A DNA stretch of 64,000 bases from Paraspadella gotoi (Eukaryota; Animalia; Chaetognatha), in contig CM119271.1 of NCBI GenBank assembly GCA_051294375.1, positions 10,279,839-10,343,838 of the forward strand. The letters are read 5' to 3'. A program made the position numbers and the translations under genes. Each line of letters begins with the position of its first letter. Positions within the stretch are counted from its first letter, which is position 1. The notes beneath the pieces are model-generated. The model saw only the letters and a program-made list of their open reading frames with translations, did no database searches and was not told the DNA's origin. Below, one piece after another: positions 51,507 to 64,000 of the stretch.

Positions 51507-52786
51507 GTCTCTCTTCGCTCTCGACGAAATATCTCCGTCGATCATTTTTCAAAATTTGCGTCGTCGCGAAAAAAATATCTCTTGGACACGAGTTGAATGA
51601 TGATGACGACGATGATGGACGACGAAAACTACGACGACGACGAAAAACGACGACGACTACGGACTGTTGCGATTTTTTTTTTAATATGAGAAATAAAAAT
51701 AATAAACCCGACACTTATTTCATTTAATTAATGTCACGTGATTTGATTAATGAAAATTAATATTATGCGACGATCAATGATAGTTATTAGTTAATAAATA
51801 CGTAAAAACGGATCCAAATGTTTATCAAAAAAGACGGACGGACGACGACGAACGAAAAAGACGATGACGACGAAGAAGGCGAAAACCAGAACTAGAGCTA
51901 CCAAACCGACAACTAAAACAACGACGAGTCAAAACAACAACAACAACGAAAACGAGGCCGCAAAACATTGCCAGCGCGGACTCGTACGCGATGCTCGAGT
52001 GGATCATCGTTCAAGGATTCGTTAGCGTCGCGTCTCGTCGTCGTCGTGTGTGTCGTCGTCGTCGTCTCGTCGTCTCGTGTCGTCGTCGTCGTCGTGCGTC
52101 GTCGCTGCGTCGTCTGCAAGTCAATGTTCCGGTTTCCCGCTAAATCGAGGGCGCTTCGGAGTGAATGACGCAAACTCGAGGAGCGAGCTGATTTTCGCGC
52201 TCCGTCGAACTGTGTAGCGGTGGGCAGAGGCGGCTCCGTGGCAGCGTGGAGAACCGGCAAGCTCTGGAGACCGTGGCAATGGAATCATTTGTAAGGACAC
52301 TCTTTGGGCCGCACGGCTCTAGTTCTATTGCGACCTTGAGACATGTTGACATTTTTTTAGCCATACAAGGCGTATGGTTGCATATTTGCATTGTTGATTA
52401 ATTAAAATCAGTGTTATTCGGAGACAGTGAGTTAATTTCGCGCAAAAGCAAGTGTTTAAATAAGAATTGACATACATACATACTATATAGTACCAATATA
52501 CGTACTGGTGGTTGTTCTAATTAATGATTTTTCTTCGTGTCATTTTTAAAATAAAATTAAAAAATATTACGAGTTTTGATAATCGCTTCTTCGTGTATTG
52601 TCTGTTTAGGAGGGAGGATTTACATTCAAATTGTTATTATTTATAATATTTAAAATTAGATTTTAATAAAGTGATCCTTTAATGGTCGCAGCATCTTGTA
52701 GTCTTTCGGTTCTCGGTTAACGTTGAATGAAAAAAAAAACTCTCTAGCGAAAACGAGATGTTTTCAATTAAATTCTCTCTCTCTTC

Positions 52787-52867
<81 letters not shown>

Positions 52868-53087
52868 TTCCCAATTCCCTCTACTCGTCTCTCTCTCTTC
52901 GCAGGCGCGATCGTGAGTGAGCGCGCTCCTCTCTCGGCCGATCGGGGAAGCTGGGGGGGGGCGCCGCTGTTTTTCCTTCGGTGGCAAGAAAAACCCATAA
53001 AACTTGTTTCGTCCTAATCAGACTTCTTTCGCTTCCACTCCCTCCCCTTTTTACTTTTAACGTCTTCATTGGCGTTGGCTCGTCTCT

Positions 53088-53161
<74 letters not shown>

Positions 53162-53899
53162 TCTCTCTCTCTCTCCAGTCGGGAATCATTTTGAGACTTC
53201 AAAACTCTCAAGACTTTCTGATGAAATGTGGGTTACCATGGTTACCTGGCGTTTGATGAAACTCGTCATAAGTGGGTTAGGTTGGGTTGTTGGGAAATGG
53301 TAAGATTCGTTTGTATTAACTATTAAGTATAGTATAATATATCATTAAGTGGAGATTCTGATTATTATATTTCAAGAAAGAAATTAAAATTGCGAAATAT
53401 TTTGCTCCAACTAGATTCAAACGCCGGTCGTAAAAAAAAAAGCTTTTTCTCTCTTCCTCTCTTTAAATATAAATGAATGCAACACATTTTACAATTAGCC
53501 AATTGGATTCTGTTCGCTTTCCTGACTTTAATAAATGGAATTCATCTTATCTAGTTCGCCATTTTTATCTAGATCAACTCCATAATTTATTTATTTATTT
53601 ATTTATTTAGTTGGATTTTTAAAATTGTTGCCTCCCTCGATTAAAATCTAATTCTAACAAATAAAATGTCAATTTTTAAAAGTATTTTAATCGAAAAAAC
53701 GTTTCTAAATACCTTCACAATCCAGTTTTTTTAAATTTTGTCAACTAACTTCTAGAAAATTACCTGTGAAGAAAAAAAGTTAAGATCACGTGACACTTTG
53801 TGAATTTTCTTTTCTCTTTTGTTTCAAAATCTTCCGTCGCTTTTCCTTTCTATCTTACGTGAGGTGTTTTCTCTCTGGGATTTGCTGACTTTGAAATTT

Positions 53900-53948
<49 letters not shown>

Positions 53949-54593
53949 TTTTGTCTCAAGCTATTTTCAATCTTCTTTCCACTAAAAAAAAAAATGCCAT
54001 CGCTGAAGTTTACGCGTGAAAAACGCAAACCTGGCGAAATAGAAAACAAAAATTTAAACGCTGTAGAATAAATTAAACGTAAACGAATTAGTAAACTGTA
54101 TAGACAAAATAAGCTCCTCGTAAATAAACAATAAACTGGTAGACGATAAAAAGTAGGTAAACTTTGAAAGAAAAACAGTACAATAAACATTAAGCGCGAA
54201 CACAAAGTAAACAAACAAACAGATACAGAGACGACTAAAAGTAAACAATCAAAATGCGCGCATCAAACGAAAGTAAACAAACGTAAGTGCGGAAGTTATT
54301 TTTAGAACAGAGGGGAAAAAAAGAAAGGGGAAAAAAAAGCTAATTTATCAAATTACGTTTCGACGCGATGCAACGGTGTGCCTCGCTGTGCCACGCGGTG
54401 CCACGCGGTGCCACGCGCAAAGCCGATGCGCGCTGGACTCGGGATGACAGATGCGGAGAGAGAGAGAAACAAGGAGCCCTGATAGATGTTCCGGCCGAGA
54501 CATGTGGGTCGAACCATGACAGAGCGGTGCCAAGAACTGGAATGAGGCCACCACGCCAACGGGGTAATGCTCAAATCTCAAGCGAACGGAGAG

Positions 54594-54703
<110 letters not shown>

Positions 54704-57670
54704 GCATCTGAAAAGCACTGGCAGATTGAACGATAAAGAAAATCTTAATCTTACTGTATTTGCCTTCGCTTCCTCGTTACAAGTTTTTTTTTAGATGTGG
54801 ATATGTGGAGTAAAACTTACCGCAAACAAATTGCATACAAAGTGCATAGTGCATAGAAAATCCATTTAAAGTGTCGCTTAATTATAATACTTTTGATGTT
54901 TTGATATTTGATTATGAGGACATCTGTTCAAAAGCAAATTGTCATGTACTGACCATTACTGTGCCTGAAACGTCGTTATATTAATTCATTTAACCTTCTG
55001 ATTTACTTTTTTGTATTCTAAAGTATACTAAACTATTTCTTTTTGGTTGTTGTTCTTCTTCCTCGGTTCTTCTTTCTCCTCATTTGTTTTTTATGTTTGT
55101 TCTTCTCCTTTCGTAATGTTCTTCTTTTCGGACGGAGAGAAAGAAAAAAAGAGGAAACTGTTTAGTTTGGGATTCTTCATTACACCTTTACGGCTCCCAG
55201 ATGTCCCTGTTAATCTCTCTCTGTCTCTCTCTGGCTGCTGGTTTTTTTTTCTTTATTTCTCTTTCTCTCTCTTTATTTTCTCTTTCTCTCTGTCTCTGTC
55301 TCTCTCCCCTCTCTCGCCACTCCAGCCTTGCTCTCACCACCGTCCCGTCCTCTCTTTGACTCTCCTTCTTATTTTCCTTAAATCAATTTTACTTCAAAAT
55401 TCTTAATTATTCGCGATCGTTTTTCACCCACGGCAGCGGCCGTCGCCGCCGGCGCCGCCGCCGCCGCCGCCGGCAACAACTACGTCAACAACGACGACAA
55501 CAACAACAACAAAGACGACAAAATTTGCATGATTTTGCCATCTTTCTCGACAAATTCTCACTTCGGCGCCGAGCTCGGTTTTTTTATATTTTTTATCGTC
55601 ACTCCCGCGCCACTTCTACCGACTTCCGGCGAGAGAGAGAGAGAGAGAGAGAAAGAGGGAGAGAGAGATATTTTTCAATATCCTGGTCCAGGGTGCGTCA
55701 AGGGAAGCCGGAGCAGGAGCGGCACGTACCTGCGACCGGTATGTAAAAGAGTNNNNNNNNNNNNNNNNNNNNNNNNNNNNNNNNNNNNNNNNNNNNNNNN
55801 NNNNNNNNNNNNNNNNNNNNNNNNNNNNNNNNNNNNNNNNNNNNNNNNNNNNNNNNNNNNNNNNNNNNNNNNNNNNNNNNNNNNNNNNNNNNNNNNNNNN
55901 NNNNNNNNNNNNNNNNNNNNNNNNNNNNNNNNNNNNNNNNNNNNNNNNNNNNNNNNNNNNNNNNNNNNNNNNNNNNNNNNNNNNNNNNNNNNNNNNNNNN
56001 NNNNNNNNNNNNNNNNNNNNNNNNNNNNNNNNNNNNNNNNNNNNNNNNNNNNNNNNNNNNNNNNNNNNNNNNNNNNNNNNNNNNNNNNNNNNNNNNNNNN
56101 NNNNNNNNNNNNNNNNNNNNNNNNNNNNNNNNACTTTTATAATTAATTAATTACGCAACGGGAAATAGTTATCGACTTCCTAATTTAAACGGTATTTTAA
56201 CTTGGAGAAGTTAAAATGACATAGTTCATTATATCATTCTGGGTCAAATTAGTCACAAGGTCATTGTCTTTTATGTCATTTTACGTCAATTATGCCATGA
56301 TAGTTACATCTGGTTCCTTTATGTCATTTTAGTGTGTAGTGTGTTTACATAATTTTAATTATGTCTGCTCATTTTATGTCATTAACATCATTTAAGTCAA
56401 GTTTAGTCCTTTATTCATTACGTCATTATGACATGTCATTNNNNNNNNNNNNNNNNNNNNNNNNNNNNNNNNNNNNNNNNNNNNNNNNNNNNNNNNNNNN
56501 NNNNNNNNNNNNNNNNNNNNNNNNNNNNNNNNNNNNNNNNNNNNNNNNNNNNNNNNNNNNNNNNNNNNNNNNNNNNNNNNNNNNNNNNNNNNNNNNNNNN
56601 NNNNNNNNNNNNNNNNNNNNNNNNNNNNNNNNNNNNNNNNNNNNNNNNNNNNNNNNNNNNNNNNNNNNNNNNNNNNNNNNNNNNNNNNNNNNNNNNNNNN
56701 NNNNNNNNNNNNNNNNNNNNNNNNNNNNNNNNNNNNNNNNNNNNNNNNNNNNNNNNNNNNNNNNNNNNNNNNNNNNNNNNNNNNNNNNNNNNNNNNNNNN
56801 NNNNNNNNNNNNNNNNNNNNNNNNNNNNNNNNNNNNNNNNNNNNNNNNNNNNNNNNNNNNNNNNNNNNNNNNNNNNNNNNNNNNNNNNNNNNNNNNNNNN
56901 NNNNNNNNNNNNNNNNNNNNNNNNNNNNNNNNNNNNNNNNNNNNNNNNNNNNNNNNNNNNNNNNACGACGACGGCGAAGATAACGACGACGACAATAACG
57001 ATGACAAAGATACTAATGAGGACATTGCTTACGAGGACTGCGACGATGTAGACAACCCTGTGTCAAAACGAAGACGGTGATAACAACGATCACGACGACG
57101 ATAACAATCACAAAGTTAACAAGGACAGTGAAGACAACGATGACGGCGATGATGACAATACCATTCCAGCAACGGCAATGACCTCGATGAAGATGATGAT
57201 AACAACGACCATAACAATGACAAAGATTCTAACAATGACGAAACTAACGAGGGTAGCATCGACGAAAACAACGACGATGAGAACGACTACGACGAAAACG
57301 ACGACGACGACGATGAGAACGATGCGTTGCGTCAAAATATTGACGCTGAATTTCTCCCGTTAAAGAGGCCGAAATGTTTGGTCGACGACGCCGCGGAAAT
57401 TGCGACGAGAGTTGCGCAAAAATAGGCGCCGCAAATGGGCGCCGGATAAAGGGGCGCCGGGGAGGAGGACGGGGTCGGGAAGGAAGGGCGGCGGTGAAAG
57501 GGGTCGAGAAGAGGCACCAACGGGGATATGGAAGGATGTGCTGGGGGAAAGAGAGAGAGAGAGAGAGAAAAGAGGAGAGAGAGACCCTGAGGCGGCGTGG
57601 CGCCGATAAATTGCACCGCGAATACGACGCTGAAATATTTTCCGTCCATGGATCAAGAAGAAGAAAAGGT

Positions 57671-57715
<45 letters not shown>

Positions 57716-57849
57716 AGAGAAGAGATGAGAGGAGAGAGAGAGAGAGAAGAGTAAGTGAGAGTGAGATGAGGCGCGCGTGAAAATATTCGCGGAAAATGGG
57801 AACCGAGATTGAATACGAAAAACTGGCTGAGACGAGGGGTCGGATGGCC

Positions 57850-57888
57850 GGACGGACGGACGGACGGACGGACGGACGGACGGACGGA
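57850..57888. repeat. (GGAC)n microsatellite
   Basis: Perfect run. Confidence 0.95.
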
Positions 57889-58842
57889 TGGGCCATCGGA
57901 ATTGGCGAGGCGGACGAACCATGGGATTGAAGGAACTATTTTCTGAAAGTGCCCTATTTCTATTTCAAATGACTAACGCTAATCCATAATCGAATGTCAA
58001 ACCTAATGCCTAACCTAACGTTTATCCTTATTCTTAACTTAATCCTAAAATTTAAAAATTTGATTTTTTTTAAACAAATAACAAAAACGATATTAACATA
58101 ATAAAAAAGATAGTAATAGTATCAATAACAGCGTAAAAATAATATTAACATAATTAAAAACAGTAACAGTATCAATAACAGCATAAAAAACTAAAATAAA
58201 TAAAAATAGCGGTAGCCGACCAAATTCAAATTTTAATGGGAACAGCATTAAACTAATCCATTATTGGTATTAATTATTGTGTTAAAATATTTTTTTGCAA
58301 AAATGTTCCGAACCATGAGTAATTCGCTAATTAATATTATTATATTGCTATATAATGTCAAAATTTTTTTGTGGATATTTTAAGTTTTTTTAATTGATTC
58401 TGATAGAGCTTAAAAAGTTAAGCAAAAAATATAATTACAACTTTTTAAAATTTTGATGTTTTATTACTAAAAATTAGTAAAAACAGCTAAAATCATCGGA
58501 TGATGATGATGATGATGCTTTTTTAAGGTTTTTCTCAATTTAAACCCACTTATCATCAAAATATTGAAAAAAAATTATACTTTGTGTAAATAACTTTTTA
58601 TACGCTATTTGAATCTGCTTTTAAAAATAAAAAATTCCAAAAAAAATTTTTGACATTCCCTATCTATAAATAAATATTAAAAAAATAATTACTAATGCTT
58701 CTTGCCATTTTAGAAAATTTTGCTCCATTGAAAGTTTTCTCAGAAATGTATGAAGTTTCATTTGGAAATGTTCCCAAATCAAACTTCTGACCCACCCCAT
58801 TGACGAAGTTTGGCTCTAATAAAAACTAACCATTTTTTTTTC

Positions 58843-58925
58843 CAAAACGCTGATAAAGGCTCGAACTAGAGCTAAAACATGTCCGAATATACACAAATAA
58901 ATTATTATTTGTAACAAAAATAAAT
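58843..58925 (+). ncRNA. Degenerate second copy of the same hammerhead-bearing repeat (core mutated)
   Basis: CG-CTGATAA-A-GGCTC-gaacta-GAGCT-AAAA-CATG-TC-CG. Downstream ACACAAA...TAACAAAAAT aligns with the 20.1 kb copy; AATAAA at 58896. Confidence 0.6.
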
Positions 58926-59949
58926 ACAAAAATATTAAATACAAAAAGATAAAAAGATTGAAATATTAAAAAACATTAAAAAATATTAAAAAACTTTAAA
59001 AAATATTTAAAAAAACATTAAAACATTAAAAACAAAAACATCATATAAAAGATAAAACGTAAAAGATAAAAACAAAAGAAACAATATTAAATTTGATTCG
59101 GAATTTAAGCTGTAATGGGGGACTTTTGGAAAATATGGTCGGGATTTGGTTGAGTCGATAAACCGGAGGAACGGTTGGTGACCGGGAATGAGCAATGAGG
59201 AAGGCAAGGTAAGCTAAGGCGAGGATGACCACAAGGACCATTGACCACAAGATCAGGTTGAAAAGGAGAAAAACTTATACATCCGTGGCATCATGACTAA
59301 CTTTTTCGACTAATACAATATTTTTACTTAGTCATTAGTCAAGCTTTAATGTATAAAAGATGTAAATGAGAAAAGAGGAAAAATGCCGAAAAAGTTCGCC
59401 TTTAACAGAGTTAGTCATGTAAAGTCAAGGACACCATTTTTTTTTCGGGTTTTCCTTGTTCGGCCTTGCAGATCTTTTTTTTTTTTTTTGAAGGGTTTTA
59501 GCTCAAACGTTAAGTACCCTGGAACAAGACATTTGCCGAAAGGAAGAATGGAGAGTTACTCTAGTCCAAACTTAGTAAATTGGGATGAATATTATTATTA
59601 AATCGAAATTATACTCGAGACATGGAACTTAAAAACAGAAATCCATCATTTCGAACGCCTCTTCTTATTGGTTAAACGGTTTGATGAGGGGCGCTCTGTA
59701 ATTGGACGAGCTATTCCATCGTTGTATGTGTGGATTATTTTATTTCAAAGAGACATGCGTTAAAAATTCAATTAAAAACTAAATTAACAAAAAAAACAAC
59801 AAATCGGTTCTGAATCTGATGTTCTCTCAAACTTATTTCTATTAAAAAATTTAAAATATTTTGAAAAAAAAATTTTTCCCTATCTTTCTCTCTCTAAAAG
59901 TCCGTTTAAAAGCCAGCGGGGCCGACAGTAACCCTGGGGTAATAAACTG

Positions 59950-60225
59950 GCAAGGCCGCTTCGCGCCGCCATAATTTTTTCTAATTTTCCCGCTAAGATC
60001 TCCGATTGAAATTTAATGGAACGTCGTTCGGGTTCGAGAGTCGGAATCGAGGCTGCCGCGGCGCAACGGCGCATGCGCGTCGCGAGTGTCGAACAAAAGG
60101 GAAACACTCGGCGCTCGTTACGAATCTTTTGTCGCTTTGGAGGTCGTCTTCGTTTTCGATGTCGTCGTCGTCGTCGTCGTCTTGATCGTCGTCTTCATAG
60201 TAGGTTCTGACCGCACCGCGCGTTT
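59950..60225. promoter_or_regulatory. CpG-rich promoter-like island (YY1-, E2F-, NRF1-like motifs)
   Basis: CCGCCATAATT (~59965), TTTTCCCGC (~59985) and GCGCATGCGC (60069). Confidence 0.4.
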
Positions 60226-60621
60226 TTTTAATATTAAGAGTTCTGGGTCTTTTTAATTTTAGGCGCTAATCGATTCGCCACCTCACAATCACCTTTCAAT
60301 AAAGTAGATATATAAGTTTCATCCCTTGTAACATTTTTAAAGACGCGCCCGAACTGTAAAACCGATGCCTTATTTTAAAAAAAATTACCCGCTTCATTTT
60401 CCCGGCGAATATGAAACGAGGCGTCTGCTCGTTGCTTCTCCCGCCGAAAAAAAAACCGGAAACAAGTTTTTCTTCCGTATCATAAAAATCTCGAGTAAAC
60501 ACGAATTTTTTTTCTTGCCTTTTTTTTTCTTGCAGTTACAATGACTTCGTTTTTTTGCAAAATAAGTCTCTGTTTTGTTTACTACTCGAGCTTGAGGCGT
60601 TAATCATGGAACGGCGATGAA

Positions 60622-60678
<57 letters not shown>

Positions 60679-60867
60679 CACACCAAAAATTCTCCCGCTT
60701 TCCGCTCGCACCATCAATTTGTCCTCCGTCCAAATTCGTCTCAATCAATTCTATTTTTAGCTCCGTAATATATCTCAATTCATTTGGATTTTCAATTATT
60801 CTTTGTTATAGTCTAATCTATTCCATGTCCGTTCCTACTCTTTCAGTTACCAACCCGCGACTTCTCT

Positions 60868-60965
60868 TTTTTTCAGTTGCGTCGCGAGTGCTCACGAAGC
60901 AACTCTATAGAAGTGTTTATCAGTCGGTCGGTCGATCAGTCGGTCGTTTCATTAGTCCGTCTCCA
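60868..60965 (+). mobile_element. Helentron/DINE-1-like 5' end (hairpin + CTCTATA + GTCG tract)
   Basis: T-run, AGTTGC...GCAACT hairpin, CTATAG, then (GTCG)n; homologous to 63675-63818. Confidence 0.6.
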
Positions 60966-61552
60966 TCTGATACTTATATATTATATTATAAAATATAATA
61001 CTAATAACTCGGGTAATACTACTTTTTCTTGATTAATGCTTGGGAGTGTACCATGAGATGCAGTTACTAGAAAATAAAACCAAAAAGTAATATAATATGA
61101 ATAAGAGACAAAATATTAAATAATTTTTGTTTATGTACTTAATGGAGAGTTGAGGAATTATAAAATGGTCGTTTTGCATACATTTCTTATTTATACAGTC
61201 AAATGACGAAATAAACGAGCAGAACTTTATCATTTTTATCGCGACGCAACACCTAAAATATGTAGTTCCTTGATTTTCTCTCAAGATCTCGTTAGAAACT
61301 CATTTTTCAAACAAATTTTATTTTCTACGTAAAAAAAAAAAGCCTAATATTTTTTTTCGGGCTCAAGTCTTTTTTTTTTTCTTTTTAGGGAGACGAAGGA
61401 AATTGAAAATAGATGGCGCGTGGAAGAAAAGAGGAAGAGAAACGAATCGGTGGTGAGATCCAAAAATGTCAACAGAGGATTGAGTCAATGCGGTTACGTG
61501 TGGTCTTTAGTCGGCGGTCAATAGCCCATTCGTATACAAAATAGAGTCGCCA

Positions 61553-61910
61553 CACGCCAAATAATTTAATCAATGATTCGCCTAATGACGGCGCCGATCA
61601 ATGCGCCAAATGAGTGCGCCAATGATTACGTCATTGACAACTGGCAATGGGAGCGCAGATTCGAGCGCCAAGGACACCACCAATCTAAGCCAATGGCTGC
61701 ACGAATGACGACGTCAAATGAATTCGCCATTTCGAGTGTTAAAGAACGCGCCAATAGCTGCGCCAAATGACTGCGCCAAAAGGTCAATGACCCCCGCCAA
61801 TGTCTTCCCCCAATGACAACGCCAAATGACTACGCCAAAAGGTCAATGACCCCCGCCAATGTCTTCCCCCCCCCCTCCAAATGACAACGCCAAACGACTC
61901 CGCCAAACGA
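61553..61910. repeat. Degenerate array of CGCCAAATGAC-like units, including a ~59 bp tandem duplication
   Basis: CGCCAA(A)TGAC recurs at ~12-15 bp spacing; CGCCAAAAGGTCAATGACCCCCGCCAATGTCTTCCCCC occurs twice. Confidence 0.8.
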
Positions 61911-62244
61911 TCGATTTCTTTTTCTCCCGCAACAAGAAATGCGTCCCGCTCGCCCCGCTCTTCCCTCTCCCTCCCCCCCACAAAAAAAAACAACCCGGTT
62001 TTAAGTAGACCGAAATGGGATCTCGAAAATAGTCCTGGCTGACGAGTGTAAAGGGGAGGATTTTCGTCGCCTCTTTCTTCTCTTCACACCCCCCCCCTCG
62101 CTCTACCCTTCACCCCCTTCCAACCACCGCCGCCATCCGAGCCACAGCACCGCATCCGCAGCCGCCGCCGTCTCCATTTCCGCCTCGACGATCGCCAAAG
62201 GGAGTTTTATTCATCGTGGAGACGAGAAAACGAGGGTTCGCCCC

Positions 62245-62325
62245 CGCCGCCGCCGCCGCCCCGACGCCGCCTCGCCGCGTCGTCGCCGCCGCCGCCGCCC
62301 CGACGCCGCCTCGCCGCGTCGTCGC
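62245..62325. repeat. 39 bp GC-rich tandem duplication
   Basis: GCCGCCGCCGCCCCGACGCCGCCTCGCCGCGTCGTC twice; followed by (TTTTTATCACTG)x3. Confidence 0.85.
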
Positions 62326-62501
62326 AGCCTCCGACGTCGTCGTCGTCGCCGTGGTTTTTATCACTGTTTTTATCACTGTTTTTATCACTCTTTCATTCCA
62401 TCGGCATTTCTTCTCTCTACGTTACATTTTTATCACCGACGCCGGATGACGACGCCGGATGACGCCCACACACGGGCGCGTGCGCGGGGAGAAGATCCTC
62501 A

Positions 62502-62543
<42 letters not shown>

Positions 62544-63258
62544 CTCTCTTGATCTCTCTCTTCTGCTCTCTCTCGTCGATTTACTGACTTTTTAGCCGTT
62601 CGTCACCAAAACCAACTTCCGTTTTCGACGTCATTGATTCAATCGTCGATAATTCTCTCCTTTTTTTTCCGTCGCCGCATGTCAATTTGCCATCGAAAAG
62701 AAACTCACTTTCCTCTTCCTCTTACTCTTTCTCACCCCCCTTTTCCCCTCCTCCCTTTTCCTCTCCCCTCGCGCACCTGCGATTTACAATCCGTGGCAAT
62801 AAAGGGAAATTTTCTGATCGTCGCGCGATGCCTTATTCGCTGCAGTCGCGAGCGGTTTGGATCATTTTCACTCGGTTATGCGTTGCAGCCGGGCGAGGGT
62901 TCGAATCGTTGTCGGGCTCTTTGTTGTGATTATTTCCAATACCGAATACAACGTGCATTCCATTGGGAACGAGTTTTAATTTTAATCGCTGTTGACTCGT
63001 TTTAAAAAAGAGAGTTGTCGTCTGCTTCGCGTCGTTGTCGTTGAGTTATTCGCTTATTACCGATTCGATATTCACACTCCGTCTCCATAGGATCATTGTC
63101 GATTCACGGTCGCCATTCACGATATCACATCAGCCTCGGCCTCACTGGAGCCCGGTCTATTCCCAATTCACAGACCTCGTTGCATGGATCCCACGGTGCA
63201 TTCACGATTCTAGACAGTCGACGAGCAATTCACAATTTACGTTCCAAAGCGGGGGGAA

Positions 63259-63303
<45 letters not shown>

Positions 63304-63674
63304 ATTTCCTGGCTCTTTTCGGCTCATATGCGTTACCCTTTTAAACTCACTTTTCACCACGAAAGTTTCAGCTCGAGTTAGGCCGAAAAAAAAATTAGTT
63401 TCAACGCGGTATTATTTTTAGTCAATAATTTTTACCTAAAACTCGACAAATATAATGTTAAAAAATACCCAGAAACTACACGCTCTTTCGTCGAATGTTA
63501 TTTTTAAAAAAAAACGAAAAGGACTGCCCTTTTGTTTCCGACCTAAGTCCAGAAACTAGACGAGTAGTGCCCTCTTCGTTCAATTCGTCGGTGACATCCG
63601 CTGATGGATGTTCGTCTCCATTCACTCCTCGATCCTCAGACCTTTTCCAATTTTTCTTTTAACCTTTCTTTCTA

Positions 63675-63818
63675 TTTTGAGTTGCGCCGCGAGTACTCGC
63701 GGAGCAACTCTGTAAGTCACTTTTCGGTCGGTCTGTCGGTCCGTCAGTCTGTCCCACTTACATTGAAAACGCTTATAAACTGTTTATAGTTATAACTATA
63801 GTTTGTTGCTCATTTGTT
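63675..63818 (+). mobile_element. Compact Helentron/DINE-1-like (HINE) element
   Basis: 32 nt near-perfect palindrome GAGTTGC-g-CCGCGAGTACTCGCGG-a-GCAACTC, a GTCG/GTCT/GTCC tract, and a 3' GTTGCTC (inverse of GAGCAAC) ending CATTTGTT. Confidence 0.6.
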
Positions 63819-64000
63819 AAAACAGGAAAATAAACCTTAAATCTAAACGACAACTAGTGCTGTATTTTGTTTTTAAGAAATATTATAAACTATAAGAAAT
63901 AAAAGACGTGATTCCGTTGCAGAGCGTGTTGTATATAAACGGAAATACAATTTATATTATAAGGGATAAGAAAGTAAAAATAAAAGTAATGCGGCGCAAC

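Noticed and set aside
62110-62449. GC-rich ORFs as Cav3 N-terminal exon
   Set aside because: They arise from GCC/GTC repeats and a 39 bp duplication; no U12 donor or conserved motif.

Overview
This is a gappy, microsatellite-rich animal (metazoan) genomic scaffold, not prokaryotic DNA. Almost all listed ORFs are artefacts of AG/CT, TCG or N tracts. The only firmly identifiable coding sequence is two minus-strand exons (2041-1939 and 1273-1131) of a T-type voltage-gated calcium channel (Cav3, domain I S1-S3). The upstream exon is preceded by a minor-spliceosome (U12) AC acceptor with a perfect TTCCTTAAC branch site. No matching first exon is visible, so most of the window may be one very large U12 intron. 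Within it, on the opposite strand, are a Cys/Pro-repeat (CPP) protein gene candidate (~44.1-45.3 kb, duplicated across a gap) and a broken RRM-like ORF (~17.4-18.1 kb). Other content: two decayed copies of a Penelope-type minimal hammerhead ribozyme with complementary damage (20.1 and 58.85 kb), Helentron/DINE-like hairpin elements, a TIR element with telomere-like interior, tRNA-derived SINE remnants, a circularly permuted ~330 bp repeat, an ~80 bp minisatellite and several promoter-like motif clusters. Eight exactly 25-N gaps, several next to noisy direct or inverted duplications, suggest long-read gap-filling artefacts, so frameshifts and large repeats must be treated cautiously. All calls were made by eye; no searches were run.
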